A stretch of 54,455 nt of DNA from an uncultured Gemmatimonadota bacterium. Its GTDB lineage: Bacteria; SM23-81; DAOVCL01. Positions 1 to 10,119 of the stretch are shown piece by piece (position 1 is the stretch's first letter; every line of letters begins with the position of its first letter). The translations under genes were made by a program, and so were the position numbers. Under the pieces are notes generated by a model. It did no database searches and was not told the DNA's origin. It worked only from the letters and a program-made list of their open reading frames with translations. The stretch covers positions 1-54,455 of the forward strand of contig CAZVGK010000025.1 of the NCBI GenBank assembly GCA_964626665.1, in the 5' to 3' direction.

Positions 1-146
1 CTTCTGCAGTTTCGGGCTCTAGGCTTTAATATACAAGGGACAAGTCTTTAGACTTGTCCGAGGGAGCGGACAGACCTGAAGGTCTGTCCCTACACGATAA
101 TACAGAATCCAACTGATCTCGGAGATTACCTCAATCCGCTATTAGT

Positions 147-452
147 TTATGAATAATTCAGGTCATAATCCTCCTTATCTTTTTTTCTCTTCTCAATTAT
201 CCCAAGAAATCCAGGTAAAATAATTACAGTTGTTAAAAAGCAGGCTCCCACGCCTATAAAGAGAGACTCACCAAACCATGCCCAAGCTGGGAATACGGAA
301 AAGACCATCGAGCCAAAAGCCAGCATGGTAGTGAGCGAAGTGAGCAGAATGGCTTTCCCTGTGCTGGAAAATATGGTTTTGATTTTCCCTCTTCCTTCAT
401 GCTGCCAGCGATGCATGATGTGGACACCATCATCAATGCCAGTACCAAATGT
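147..452 (-). pseudogene. C-terminal fragment of an RND/MMPL-family transporter
   Basis: Reading upstream of the ORF gives FGTGIDDGVHIMHR, then TGKAILLTSLTT..AFGS and a final TM helix, the typical MMPL/RND C-terminus. An in-frame TGA lies just upstream and the rest of the gene is absent. Confidence 0.75.
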
Positions 453-538
453 AATTCAATTTTACCTTGACCTTTACATTTATAATTATTACATTTCTAA
501 AAAATACTATTGATAACATCCCTAAGATAGGACTGATT

Positions 539-856
539 ATGCAATTATCGACTCAAACAACGACGACCATACCAAGTTCTTTAGCTCGACTTTTTCAGGA
601 GTACGCATTTGAAAGTATAGATATTAATCTGCATGCCGATACAATTATCGAACGTACCCTGGAGATGGGCACATGGGAAGAACTGCACTGGTTGTTTCAC
701 AATTATGGTGTGCAGCGAATTAGTGACTATCTACGTCGATTTGGCCATCGACGACTTTCAAAAATATCCTTCAATTACTGGTGTAAGCTCTTGCGTATCA
801 AAAACTTCCGTCATTCACCCTGGCCAGAGATTCGCAATGATGTATGGAGACCTTAA
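539..856 (+). CDS. DUF6922-like putative antitoxin partner of the AbiEii gene
   Basis: LFQEY..ID...HADTIIERTLEMGTWEELHWLF..YG pattern; overlaps the start of the downstream nucleotidyltransferase. Confidence 0.65.
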   Translation: MQLSTQTTTTIPSSLARLFQEYAFESIDINLHADTIIERTLEMGTWEELHWLFHNYGVQRISDYLRRFGHRRLSKISFNYWCKLLRIKNFRHSPWPEIRNDVWRP

Positions 857-1536
857 TCATGCAACCTCACTGGGAAGTATTGACCCGCGAAACAGAAAAA
901 CTATATAAGGCTGTCGCCAGATTACCGTTTATATCAGAATTCTATTTAGCCGGAGGAACAGGTCTTGCATTGCAAATCGGTCATCGTTTCTCAGTCGATT
1001 TGGATTTTTTTGGCGATTTACCTGAGGCTGTAGATCAAGAACAACGCAAAGCAATCTTGAATATCTTAATGAATGATCCTTCACTAATGGTGACCTGGGA
1101 TAAAGATGGAACTTTTGTGGCACATTGGCGAGGAGTGGGTGTAAGTTTTTTTCGATTGGATCGGCATCCTCTCACGAAACCTCCGATTTCGATCGGCGGC
1201 ATTCAAGTTGCTACTGTTGAGGAGATTGGGGCAATGAAGTTAGCAGCGATACTTTCCAGAGGTAACCGCAAGGATTATATTGATTTGTATTTTATCCTGC
1301 AACAGACAACCCTTACGCATCTATTCGAAATTTCTGCAATCAAATATCCCTACAACGCGGCTTTCCCCATCTTTGCTGTCCGAGCACTCGCTTATTTCGA
1401 CGATGCCGAGTCTGACCCCATGCCACGTATGATTAGGCCGGTTAAATGGGAACAGATTAAGGCCTATCTTGAAAAACAGGCTATTGACATTGGCCAGAAA
1501 CGATTGGAATTAGAAAAATTATGGCCTAAAAAATAG
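844..1536 (+). CDS. AbiEii/AbiGii-family nucleotidyltransferase (type IV TA toxin)
   Basis: FYLAGGTGLALQIGHRFSVDLDFF, AMKLAAILSR and KDYIDLYF motifs. Confidence 0.88.
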   Translation: METLIMQPHWEVLTRETEKLYKAVARLPFISEFYLAGGTGLALQIGHRFSVDLDFFGDLPEAVDQEQRKAILNILMNDPSLMVTWDKDGTFVAHWRGVGVSFFRLDRHPLTKPPISIGGIQVATVEEIGAMKLAAILSRGNRKDYIDLYFILQQTTLTHLFEISAIKYPYNAAFPIFAVRALAYFDDAESDPMPRMIRPVKWEQIKAYLEKQAIDIGQKRLELEKLWPKK

Positions 1537-1813
1537 GGACACTTCCCATTTTTAATCTACAAATCCTGTAGCCTTTAATAGGCTGTTCCCCTATACAGAG
1601 GATTACCGGAGATATTGGGATAGATTATCCTTACCTACTCGATGGGGAAACAACCAGCCACACGTATTCCTTGGAGGTCTCTCTCTAAGGGGGAGAGGGA
1701 TTTAGGAGAATATTTGAAAAGGAATTGATGGCGCAGCCACTTGGTATACCGCGGGGAAAAGCCTGAAAAATTATGAGAAGGGTCCCTATTCAATACCAGC
1801 GAAGCTTCTCTAT

Positions 1814-2470
1814 CTATCCTCTGCTTCCGAAGATCTTGGTTCCAATCCTGACGATGTTTGCCCCCTCCTCTATGGCCACCTTATAGGAGTTGGTCATCCC
1901 CATTGAGAGGTATCTGGTCTCTACCCCGGGGATCTGCAGGGATTTTATCCTTTCAAAGACCTTTTTGGTCTCCACAAAATAGGGCCGGGAATCCTCCGGG
2001 TCCCCAAACATCGGCCCCATAGTCATTAGCCCCATAACTTTTAAATGGGGATATTTTGAAATATCCTTAATAAGATCTTCTGCCTCCTCTGGCAGAACAC
2101 CCGCCTTCTGGGGCTCCCTGCCGCTGTTTATCTCCACTAAAACCGGCATAACCTTTTTTAGAGGAGCACATCTTTTCTCGATCTCTGCGGCGATCTCCAG
2201 GGAGTCAACCGTCTCTATCATATCAATAAACCGCACCAACTTTCTGATCTTGTTTCTTTGAGGACGACCGATGAAATGCCACTTTACTCTATCCCCAATC
2301 ACTTGATATTTGGCTTCCGCCTCCTGGGCATAGTTTTCTCCCACGATCTCAATCCCAGCCTCGACAGCCTCCCGGATTTCCTCTGGGCTCCTTTTCTTTG
2401 CTGCCGCCACCAGGGTAACCCCTGGAGGCAACTGGGAGAGTATCGCCCGCACATTCTCCTTTATCCCCAT
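1814..2470 (-). CDS. yggS: YggS-family PLP homeostasis protein
   Basis: GENYAQE, WHFIG, GLMTM, LSMGMT and GANIVRIGTKIFG motifs. Confidence 0.95.
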   Translation of the reverse strand: MGIKENVRAILSQLPPGVTLVAAAKKRSPEEIREAVEAGIEIVGENYAQEAEAKYQVIGDRVKWHFIGRPQRNKIRKLVRFIDMIETVDSLEIAAEIEKRCAPLKKVMPVLVEINSGREPQKAGVLPEEAEDLIKDISKYPHLKVMGLMTMGPMFGDPEDSRPYFVETKKVFERIKSLQIPGVETRYLSMGMTNSYKVAIEEGANIVRIGTKIFGSRG

Positions 2471-3813
2471 TATCCTACCTCCGGCTCATAATATCTTGCT
2501 CCCTCAAAGCTGCGCATCCTCACCTTCCCCTTCTCCTCCAAGACCTGGAGATATTTTATTACCTCATTCTCGTGCAGGCCCAAGGAATGGGATATGTCGG
2601 TGAGGGTAACCGGCCTTCTATGAACTAACTCTAAGATATCCCCCTCTATATCCTGAACATAGGCCTCTTCCCTCTTTCCCTTAAACCCAGCGATGATCTC
2701 ACATCTCTGATCAAAGAAAGCCCTTATCCTCTCTAACTCAGGGGTAGTGAGGGGGTGGGCATAATCCTCACTGGGTGGTCTGACCACAGTGTTCAGGTGG
2801 ACCTTATGTGGCTGCATTTCCTCCACTATCTTTACCATCTTTTCAATCTCTTCCTGGGTATCATTTATCCCCTTGACCAGCATTATCTCCAGCCATATCC
2901 TTCCCTTAAATTCCCTGCTGAACTGCAAAAGTCCTTGAGTTATCTTCCCCATATTTAAGGAGGGATGAGGCCTGTTTACCCTCTCCAGCGTTTCCTGGGT
3001 GGCTGCATCCAGGGAAGGGACCACCAGATCGGCGGCCAGAAGTTCCTCCCGGAGATCCTCCTTGAAGAGGAGAGAGCCATTAGTGAGCACGGCCACGGGA
3101 ATATCAGTGAACTTCTTTGCCTCCTCGATCAGCCAGCCAATCCTTGAATGGAGGGTAGGCTCTCCTGAACCGGAGAAGGTGAGGTAGTCTATCCTCCCCT
3201 TGGTGGCCAGGGCCTCCTTTATCTGGGAGAGGACCTCTCCCGGGGGGACCCATTCCTTCCTCTCCACTGTCTTATCAGTTGTCCTTCCCAGTTGACAATA
3301 TACGCAGTCGAAGCTACAGGCTTTGTAAGGAATAAGATCAATTCCCAAGGAGAAACCCAGCCTGCGGGAGGGGACGGGCCCATAGATATGGCTGAGGGTC
3401 AAGGGCTTGTTTATCTGCGGGATCTCCTGCGGTCTTTCGCCCCCTCTCCTTCTTTCCACCAGGTCAAAGAGATGAGGGAAGAAATTAGTCAATTCATTCA
3501 TAAAGTCTGCTATGGGCTCTATCTCCGTCACCACAGGTTGGAATTTGGTGTTGTCCCGGATCTCAGTGAAATTTGGGCTCATCCTTCTCCCTACGAAGAG
3601 GTCACAGTCCTGGAGTGTCTCCGTAATTGCCTTTCTCTTTACAGGATCTGCATGCTTCCTCTCCTGAGGGGATCTGTTCACCCGCTTTTCAATCAGTCTG
3701 TAATTGCCGTTTTCCCAAAGCTCATAGATATAGAAGATTTCTGCCATACCTAAGTGAGTGGGGGAGATGTTTGTTCCCTCCTTTGAGCCGAGGGCAATCC
3801 TTAACTTCCTCAT
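2470..3813 (-). CDS. Radical SAM protein (COG0731-like) with N-terminal NifX/NifB-like domain
   Basis: CSFDCVYC cluster motif, YGPVPSRRLG.SLGIDL and TFSGSGEPTL; N-terminal ~130 aa resembles the dinitrogenase FeMo-cofactor-binding domain (IA..S..G..IS..HLG.AE.F.IYE); C-terminal wHTH-like tail. Confidence 0.85.
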   Translation of the reverse strand: MRKLRIALGSKEGTNISPTHLGMAEIFYIYELWENGNYRLIEKRVNRSPQERKHADPVKRKAITETLQDCDLFVGRRMSPNFTEIRDNTKFQPVVTEIEPIADFMNELTNFFPHLFDLVERRRGGERPQEIPQINKPLTLSHIYGPVPSRRLGFSLGIDLIPYKACSFDCVYCQLGRTTDKTVERKEWVPPGEVLSQIKEALATKGRIDYLTFSGSGEPTLHSRIGWLIEEAKKFTDIPVAVLTNGSLLFKEDLREELLAADLVVPSLDAATQETLERVNRPHPSLNMGKITQGLLQFSREFKGRIWLEIMLVKGINDTQEEIEKMVKIVEEMQPHKVHLNTVVRPPSEDYAHPLTTPELERIRAFFDQRCEIIAGFKGKREEAYVQDIEGDILELVHRRPVTLTDISHSLGLHENEVIKYLQVLEEKGKVRMRSFEGARYYEPEVG

Positions 3814-3878
3814 CTGATCACCTCCTCAATCCTTTCTTGATTGTGGGTTAACTAAGAACAAGCTAAAGGTTTCACCTC

Positions 3879-3988
3879 TTACTCTATGACTACCCTCCTC
3901 CCGCATCCCAGGGGACATTGTTGTAGAGAATGGTGAAGGAGGAAGGTGAGCTAAGGGCAAGAGCTACAAATAGATATAGAAAAAACAT
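3879..3988 (-). pseudogene. Collapsed remnant of a secreted MBL-fold paralog
   Basis: RBS AAAGGAG then MFFLYLFVALALSSPSSFTILYNNVPWD, similar to ATITFNNVPFD of 5807..6493, joined out of frame to GRRVVIE* (cf. GVGSVIEI*). Confidence 0.45.
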
Positions 3989-4367
3989 TTCCGCTCCTTT
4001 CAAAGAAAGTCAGTTGTAGGGACCCCGAACTATCGGAGTCCGAGGAGAACGGAGGGACATCCCGACCTGCTTACTCCATGTCGGGACAGGTTCCTGTCTG
4101 TCCCTACAAAGCAAATACGTAAAGCTTTAAATCGGATAAAGATATGCCAATTCGTTATCAATTATGGATAATCCAGGCCAGCCAACCCAGGGCAGCAAAG
4201 CTGCAAAGAATTCAAAGAAGGCATAAAGGTCGCGCGATGTGCTTTTTTAGCATTCTCTCCGCCTACTTTACGAACTATGAGGTTACTTATGGGAAACTCT
4301 GCTCCGAAACAATATCTTGCCAAATTGTGATACATAATAAAAATCTGCTTTCGCCTGCCCCTATTTT

Positions 4368-4859
4368 TCAAAAGGCCTTTTCCAGCGCCTTCCGGAAACA
4401 GCCAAAATGGAGTTCTGGTTGCTCGTCTTTGTTGAAAAACCTTGTATCATCGGCATCATCGCCCGGTTGCAATTCCCCTCCGGTTATCTCTACCAGGTAG
4501 ACAATGACCAGGACTTCACCATATACCCTCGTCCTCTCTAAGTAGACCCCAAGAAGCCGTTTGATCATCCCCTCCATCCCTGTCTCCTCCTTTAACTCCC
4601 GCAGACAGGCCTCCTCAGGTGTCTCCCCCGCCTCCACAAAGCCGGAGGGTGGTGCCCAACTCCCCTTGCCTGGTTCCCTTCCCCTTTTCACTAAGAGGAT
4701 CTTTCCATCCATTATGCCAATGGCCCCCACGGAGGGGAGGGGGTTTTTGTAGGCTATAAACCCACACTGTGGGCAATATCCCCTCCTCTTCCCATCGATC
4801 TCGCCGCTTTGGAGGGGGGTTCCACAGAGGGGGCAAAATCTATAGTCCCTCATCTCCAC
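4368..4859 (-). CDS. NUDIX hydrolase with N-terminal zinc ribbon
   Basis: FCPLCG...CPQCG zinc ribbon and Nudix box GFVEAGETPEEACLRELKEETG. Confidence 0.93.
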   Translation of the reverse strand: MEMRDYRFCPLCGTPLQSGEIDGKRRGYCPQCGFIAYKNPLPSVGAIGIMDGKILLVKRGREPGKGSWAPPSGFVEAGETPEEACLRELKEETGMEGMIKRLLGVYLERTRVYGEVLVIVYLVEITGGELQPGDDADDTRFFNKDEQPELHFGCFRKALEKAF

Positions 4860-5236
4860 CTCTTAAATCCAAGTGATGCTAAGAAGCTCTCATCGGCCTC
4901 CCCGCTAAAGAGGTGTGCCTTATTTCTCTTGGTATCCGAGGAACCAAACCCCTGCACAGGTATCTTTAACCTTTGCTCTAAGTTCTCGGCCACATCCTCC
5001 TCCTCGGCCTCTCCGGTCCAGACATCATTTATGCTGCCATAGAGAAGGAGGTAATCTATATGCCAGAACCTCCTCTTTTTCTCCCTCAAATGCCTTTCGA
5101 TCCTTTGCCTTAAATTTTTCTTAGCAGAACCGACATAGAGATAACAGCCCTGGGGAAAGCGAAACCTCCCCAACTTGCCTATGCGGATCGTTTCCCCCCT
5201 CTCCAGCCATATCTCCAAGATGTAGGTCTTGTCCAC
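4850..5236 (-). CDS. GIY-YIG/Uri superfamily nuclease (DUF123-like)
   Basis: IGKLG..F..G.YLYVGSA, RIERH, WHIDYLL and GFGSSD motifs. Confidence 0.85.
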   Translation of the reverse strand: MDKTYILEIWLERGETIRIGKLGRFRFPQGCYLYVGSAKKNLRQRIERHLREKKRRFWHIDYLLLYGSINDVWTGEAEEEDVAENLEQRLKIPVQGFGSSDTKRNKAHLFSGEADESFLASLGFKRWR

Positions 5237-5237
5237 C

Positions 5238-5810
5238 TCACTCCTCCTCGATCAATTGGGCTCTTCCCCCCACATACCTCCCTAAGGAGACGTAAGAACC
5301 CCCCACATAGAAGATGGGATTGAGAAGTCCCTTCTGTCTCGGTAAGTTTTTTATATACAGTCCACTGGCCACCCTGATGCAGAGCGGAACTCCGACGATT
5401 ATCACCCTCTCCTCGCTGACCTCAAGCATCTCCTTAAGCTTACACTCAATATGGGCGCTGCATTCCTTGATCGATGGTGGATTTACCTTTAAGGAGGGAA
5501 GGGGGGTGAGCCGGGCCTTGGCGAATTCGTCTATCTGAGGGGGGAACCTGATCGCGGTAATCCTCAGCTTGTCAATCAACTCACCGGAGGCGAGGTTAAG
5601 GACAAATTCCTCGGTCTCCTTTATGTTCCTATAAGTATCCCGGGCCTTATCAGTGCCTATGGCAAAGATCAGGGGGTGGTAGGAGACGGGCATCACCATA
5701 CCATAGGGGGCGATATTCCTTACCCCCTTCTTATCCACCGTGGATATGAGGTAGACGGGGAGTGAAGGCGAGCTAATGTTATAATCCGAGAAGGGGATCT
5801 CAATCTTCAT
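5238..5810 (-). CDS. Flavin reductase-like (DIM6/NTAB) protein
   Basis: LISTVD..G.RNIAPY, DTYRNIKETEEFVLN and P.IKEC..HIEC motifs. Confidence 0.88.
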   Translation of the reverse strand: MKIEIPFSDYNISSPSLPVYLISTVDKKGVRNIAPYGMVMPVSYHPLIFAIGTDKARDTYRNIKETEEFVLNLASGELIDKLRITAIRFPPQIDEFAKARLTPLPSLKVNPPSIKECSAHIECKLKEMLEVSEERVIIVGVPLCIRVASGLYIKNLPRQKGLLNPIFYVGGSYVSLGRYVGGRAQLIEEE

Positions 5811-6493
5811 ATCTCGATAACGCTCCCTACTCCGGTCAACATATAATCCTCCCTATACTCCTCCCGAAAGAGCCTGAAGGCTGGCTCCCCCGTGCAATGG
5901 GATGGCGCCACCTTCTTTACCCCCGCCTCCCTAAATCTTCTGATTACGCCCTTGATAAACGATTCCTCATATCCGCCCAAGTGAAAACCGCCAATCACCA
6001 GATAGATCTCCCCTTTGGTTACCTCCTTTGCCCTGGTCACGATATTGGCCACATTGGAATGGGAACATCCCGTAAAGATAACCCAGCCCTTGGCCGTATT
6101 CACCAGAAGGGACTGCTCCTCTATGGTTGTCCCCATCTTGCCAGTGGAAAGAACCCCCTCGGTTAACTTCTGAGGTTGGTCGGAGACAACTTCTCTGTAA
6201 TCCTCGAACATAGAGGCAAAGGATGACAGGATGTATATGGTTATATCTGGGTTCTCCCTTAAGAAAGCCCCTGCTCCCCCCGTGTGATCCCAATGGGAGT
6301 GGGAGAAAAAGAGGAAATCGACAGATTTGGGATCTATGCCCAAAGCCTTCATATTGGAGAGGAGAATATCCCCATCTGCCCCTGTGTCGAAGAGTATCTT
6401 CTGGGGGAACCCCTCGATATAGGCCGAAAACCCCCAATCGGGCTGAAGCCTATGGTCGAAAGGGACGTTATTAAAGGTTATGGTTGCCTTCAT
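5807..6493 (-). CDS. MBL-fold metallo-hydrolase (COG1237-like)
   Basis: ILFDTG, SHSHWDHTGG, TGCSH, GGFHL and PSHCTG motifs; ATG at 6493 follows GGAGG. Confidence 0.9.
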   Translation of the reverse strand: MKATITFNNVPFDHRLQPDWGFSAYIEGFPQKILFDTGADGDILLSNMKALGIDPKSVDFLFFSHSHWDHTGGAGAFLRENPDITIYILSSFASMFEDYREVVSDQPQKLTEGVLSTGKMGTTIEEQSLLVNTAKGWVIFTGCSHSNVANIVTRAKEVTKGEIYLVIGGFHLGGYEESFIKGVIRRFREAGVKKVAPSHCTGEPAFRLFREEYREDYMLTGVGSVIEI

Positions 6494-6719
6494 CGTTCCT
6501 CCTATGTAATAATCCCCAAATTGCATAAACCGCGGGTGAACCCCGTTAAGTATACTTTCGTATTTCGCGGGGTGAACCCCGTTAAATAAAAACCATCTTA
6601 AGAATACAATGATGCCTATTTCTAAATTATTTCACGGGGTGAACGCAGATTTTCACAGATCATATAAGAACCTTCAAGAATATAGGCTTTCACCTTTCAG
6701 GTGAACAACGGGTTTAAAC

Positions 6720-7796
6720 TCATTTTTTGTGAGTTTCTAATGATAAAGGCATGGACTTTAGTTTCAGTTTTAACTCTCGCTCAGAGGGCAATGCTAATTT
6801 GTATTTTGAAGCAAATATCTTGTTGCTTAGCCCTCCTAAGACATACTTCGCAAAAATCTCGTCCTTCCTGGCACAGAGGATAAGACCAATGGGGTCATTT
6901 TCTCCCTCCGTTTTTTCATTCTCCTTAAAATAGTTAAGATAAAAATTCATCTGCCCTATATCAGAATGGTCAAGTTCACCGGTTTTCAGGTCTATTAAAA
7001 CAAAGCACTTCAGGATACGGTTATAGAAAACTAAATCAATGTAATAATGGCGGTTGGTAATTGTTATTCTTTTCTGACGAGCAACAAAGCTAAATCCCTT
7101 GCCCATCTCGAGGAGGAAAGACTGTAACTTATCAACAATTGCCTCTTCAAATTGAGTCTCAGTGTAAGACGCTTCTTCTTTGAGATTAAGAAATTCCAGA
7201 ATGTAAGGGTCTTTGATAGCATCCTCTGGCCTTTCTATTATCTGTCCTCTCTTTGCCATTCTCATTAGGGTTTCAGTATCCTTACTCAGAGCCAACCGTT
7301 CAAAAAGCATTGAGTTAATTTGTCTCTTCAATTCTCTCACAGACCAGTTATTCTGAACTGCTTCTTTCTCATAAAAAGAACGAGCAAGGGGCTCTTCTAC
7401 TTTTAGAAGTTCACAGTAATGAGACCACGATAAGATTGGTTCAAATTTGGTAGACAGCGTCTGGCTTTTTCCCTCTTCCACAGATTTGGCAGACAGTGTC
7501 TGCCAAATTGGAAAGTTGAGATAGAATGCCCTCATATTCCTCAAATTTCTTTCTGAAAAACCCCTCCCAAATCTGGCAGTCATGTCTGCCGAAAGTTTCT
7601 TAAGTAAATTTTCGCCATAAGCTGCTCGCACCTTACCCTTCTGTTCAAACTCTACAATCTCACGACCAATCTCCCAGTATGCTAAAACTTGGGTCCGATT
7701 TATCTGCCTGACCACATTATTTCTTGCCTCAACAAGAACTTTAGCAATTCTATCAACTAAATCAGGATAAGTTGATACACCTATAGCTTTATTCAT
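6720..7796 (-). CDS. yhcG: YhcG/DUF1016 PD-(D/E)XK nuclease-domain protein
   Basis: YWEIGREIV, GRGFSERNL, LSWSHY, IKDPYILEFL, IDLVFYNRIL.C..LIDLK and GQMNFYL motifs. Confidence 0.92.
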   Translation of the reverse strand: MNKAIGVSTYPDLVDRIAKVLVEARNNVVRQINRTQVLAYWEIGREIVEFEQKGKVRAAYGENLLKKLSADMTARFGRGFSERNLRNMRAFYLNFPIWQTLSAKSVEEGKSQTLSTKFEPILSWSHYCELLKVEEPLARSFYEKEAVQNNWSVRELKRQINSMLFERLALSKDTETLMRMAKRGQIIERPEDAIKDPYILEFLNLKEEASYTETQFEEAIVDKLQSFLLEMGKGFSFVARQKRITITNRHYYIDLVFYNRILKCFVLIDLKTGELDHSDIGQMNFYLNYFKENEKTEGENDPIGLILCARKDEIFAKYVLGGLSNKIFASKYKLALPSERELKLKLKSMPLSLETHKK

Positions 7797-8631
7797 AGAT
7801 TTACCTTTAAAACCTTATTCGTATCATTTCCAAAAACATCCACAACTTTCACCATTATTTGCCTTTCCCTCTTTCCTTGCTCCTGATTGTTCCCTACTAT
7901 ATTCTCGCTACTATCTACTTATGTTTTGCCTCATATTCCACTTTTGGATTCTTCTTTGTCCTGAAACTTTGCCATTGGTTGTGGAATGTGTCCTCCTTGT
8001 AATTCCAATCTATTGCCCAGTAATCAATGAGTTCCCGCGAATCCTTTACTTTGCTGGAAATCTCAGCAAGTTCTGCCGTTGGGGGTATTTGGAAATCAGT
8101 GATCTTGAAGGTTACTTCGTTGCTTTTAATCTTTGTTTCAATCTCCAAATAGGAAACTTCTGCAAACCTCACATAAGGCAAGAGGGCTTTTTCTACAACT
8201 TGATCAGGAATTTTAAACAACTTCAAATCAAAACCAATAAGTGCAGACTTAATCTCATTCACAGAAGGAATTTGAACAAGTCTCAAATCAACCCCATTCT
8301 TTCTGGCCAATACTTTGGCAAGTTCATTCACCTCATAACTCCATTCCCAACCTAAGACATCTGCTTTGTCGAAGTTGTTGGCTCTACATTCGATTACCAC
8401 CTTCTCAACCTCTTCCACTGTAATGGGAGCATTCAAAGGGCCTATATGGATTGCTTTTTCTCCTTTTCTTCCATGCAAATACCTAAAACCTCTTAAAGGT
8501 TGAGATTGATAGAGTTTGAGCATAAAGGTAAGATACTCATCCTGTTTTTCCTGCCAGTAAACGGTCTCGTAGTTACCGATGTTCCATATCTCAAAAGGTC
8601 TTGCGGGTTTACCATATTTCTTAGCTGGCAT
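7793..8631 (-). pseudogene. C-terminal half of a Mod-like site-specific DNA methyltransferase with disrupted tail
   Basis: PFEIWNIGNYE, IDYWAIDWNY and FHNQWQSFRTKK motifs; the expected tail IMVKVVDVFGNDT follows a stop at 7915 in another frame and ends ATGA-coupled to yhcG; no catalytic MTase motifs present. Confidence 0.65.
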
Positions 8632-8637
8632 CTTATT

Positions 8638-8904
8638 CTATTCCTCCATTATTGAAAGCATTTGTTCCTTTAGGCGAGGCAAATCTTTTCTTATAGCGTT
8701 CCAGACTCTATCAAGTTTTACTCCAAAAAATCGTCATCTACATTTTTTCACCGCCTCACCAATTATTTCTAATCTTCTCACAACGGCATCTTGAGCTTGG
8801 CGCTTTGAATAAAATTCATCTTCTGAGAGGTTCTGGGTATATTCCTCTATTGCTAAGACACTTTCCCATATATCTTGTAAATAGAGTTTCATGTTCCTTT
8901 TCAT
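8638..8904 (-). pseudogene. HEPN (DUF86/HepT-like) toxin with internal deletion and frameshift
   Basis: MKRNMKLYLQDIWES..AQDAVVRRLEIIGEAVK, then FGVKLDRVW..DLPRLK; the R-x4-6-H segment is missing; ATGA overlap with the MNT gene. Confidence 0.8.
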
Positions 8905-9182
8905 AAGATAACCACCTCTTCACTCAGTATTTGTTCCTTGATTATTGGCTTAATTGTCGAATATTCTCCCAAATCAACCTTTTTGCCAAGGGCTTCTTCA
9001 AGTTCCAATTTTAAACCGACGAAGTCAAGTAAACTCATCCTGGCATCAATCTCCACCAAAATATCCACATCGCTATCTGCCCTTGCCTCCCCTCTTACCA
9101 CTGAGCCGAAAATTCCAGCCCTTGTTATATCATATTTCTTAAAAACTGGCAGGATTTTCTTCTTAATCTCTTCTATATTCAC
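8901..9182 (-). CDS. Minimal nucleotidyltransferase (MntA-like antitoxin)
   Basis: IFGSVVRGEARADSDVDILV and LEEALGKKVDL motifs. Confidence 0.9.
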   Translation of the reverse strand: MNIEEIKKKILPVFKKYDITRAGIFGSVVRGEARADSDVDILVEIDARMSLLDFVGLKLELEEALGKKVDLGEYSTIKPIIKEQILSEEVVIL

Positions 9183-9333
9183 CTTTTACCTCCCTCATTA
9201 TTCAAAATATCCCTCACCTCTTCAAACTCAATGTTACCATTCCATATAACGGGTGGCAAATAAACGCAGTTCGTTGGAGGGAGCACGTGGGTTCACTCCT
9301 TAAGCAAATATGTTTAAGAAATAGCGGGGCCAT

Positions 9334-10080
9334 TTATTCACTGGTCTTTTCTGCCACCAATACGATCTTTCCCGATGAGTTCGGAACGAATGAATCGCCG
9401 GTGAAATTACCAAAGATACCTCTGAGGTCAAGGCCGGCATTGCTCACCAGCTCCACCAATTCTTCAACAGGGTATAGCCTCTGATACCTCTCAAATGTGG
9501 GTTCACCATCTCCGTCTGTGAAGCGCAATTTTTCCCTCATCGCTTTGCGGTTGGGTAAAAGGTTCCGCCTTATTTCGATGGTTAATCCATTTCGATCCAC
9601 CTGTTCAAGACCTCGAAAACTGTTCAGGATTCTGGTGCCATTTATGACGGCAATCACGAGTCTGGCTTCCGGTTTCAATGTTTTTGCCATCTCCAGAATG
9701 GTCCCTCGATTCTCGTAGTCATCTTCAAGAAAGCCAAAGGCATCCAGGGATGTAAGCCCATCAAACTTGCCCTGAAAAGGGATCCTTCTCACATCGGCAA
9801 GAACCCAATTTACAGGTAGCACCATCTCATTTGCAAGCCATTTTGCCTCAGAAAGGAGAACACCAGAAAAATCAAGTCCGGTAACTTTAAGGCCTTTTTT
9901 TGCAAAAGCTAAGCTATACCGGCCTTGCCCGCAGCCAACATCGAGCAGACTATTACCTTGGCCAATTTGAAGTAACTCCAGAATAAATGTGGCGCGTTCC
10001 TTCACTTTCTCATCGGATAGGCTAAGCCCCCACCTTCTTAGGTAGGCTTCATCGTAGTATCTCTTTGTCCACTCATTCAT
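9334..10080 (-). CDS. Class I SAM-dependent methyltransferase
   Basis: LLDVGCGQGR, VTGLDFS and ADVR motifs. Confidence 0.88.
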   Translation of the reverse strand: MNEWTKRYYDEAYLRRWGLSLSDEKVKERATFILELLQIGQGNSLLDVGCGQGRYSLAFAKKGLKVTGLDFSGVLLSEAKWLANEMVLPVNWVLADVRRIPFQGKFDGLTSLDAFGFLEDDYENRGTILEMAKTLKPEARLVIAVINGTRILNSFRGLEQVDRNGLTIEIRRNLLPNRKAMREKLRFTDGDGEPTFERYQRLYPVEELVELVSNAGLDLRGIFGNFTGDSFVPNSSGKIVLVAEKTSE

Positions 10081-10119
10081 CTCTACTTTTGCTCTGTCTC
10101 CTCAATGCCACACCATTCC

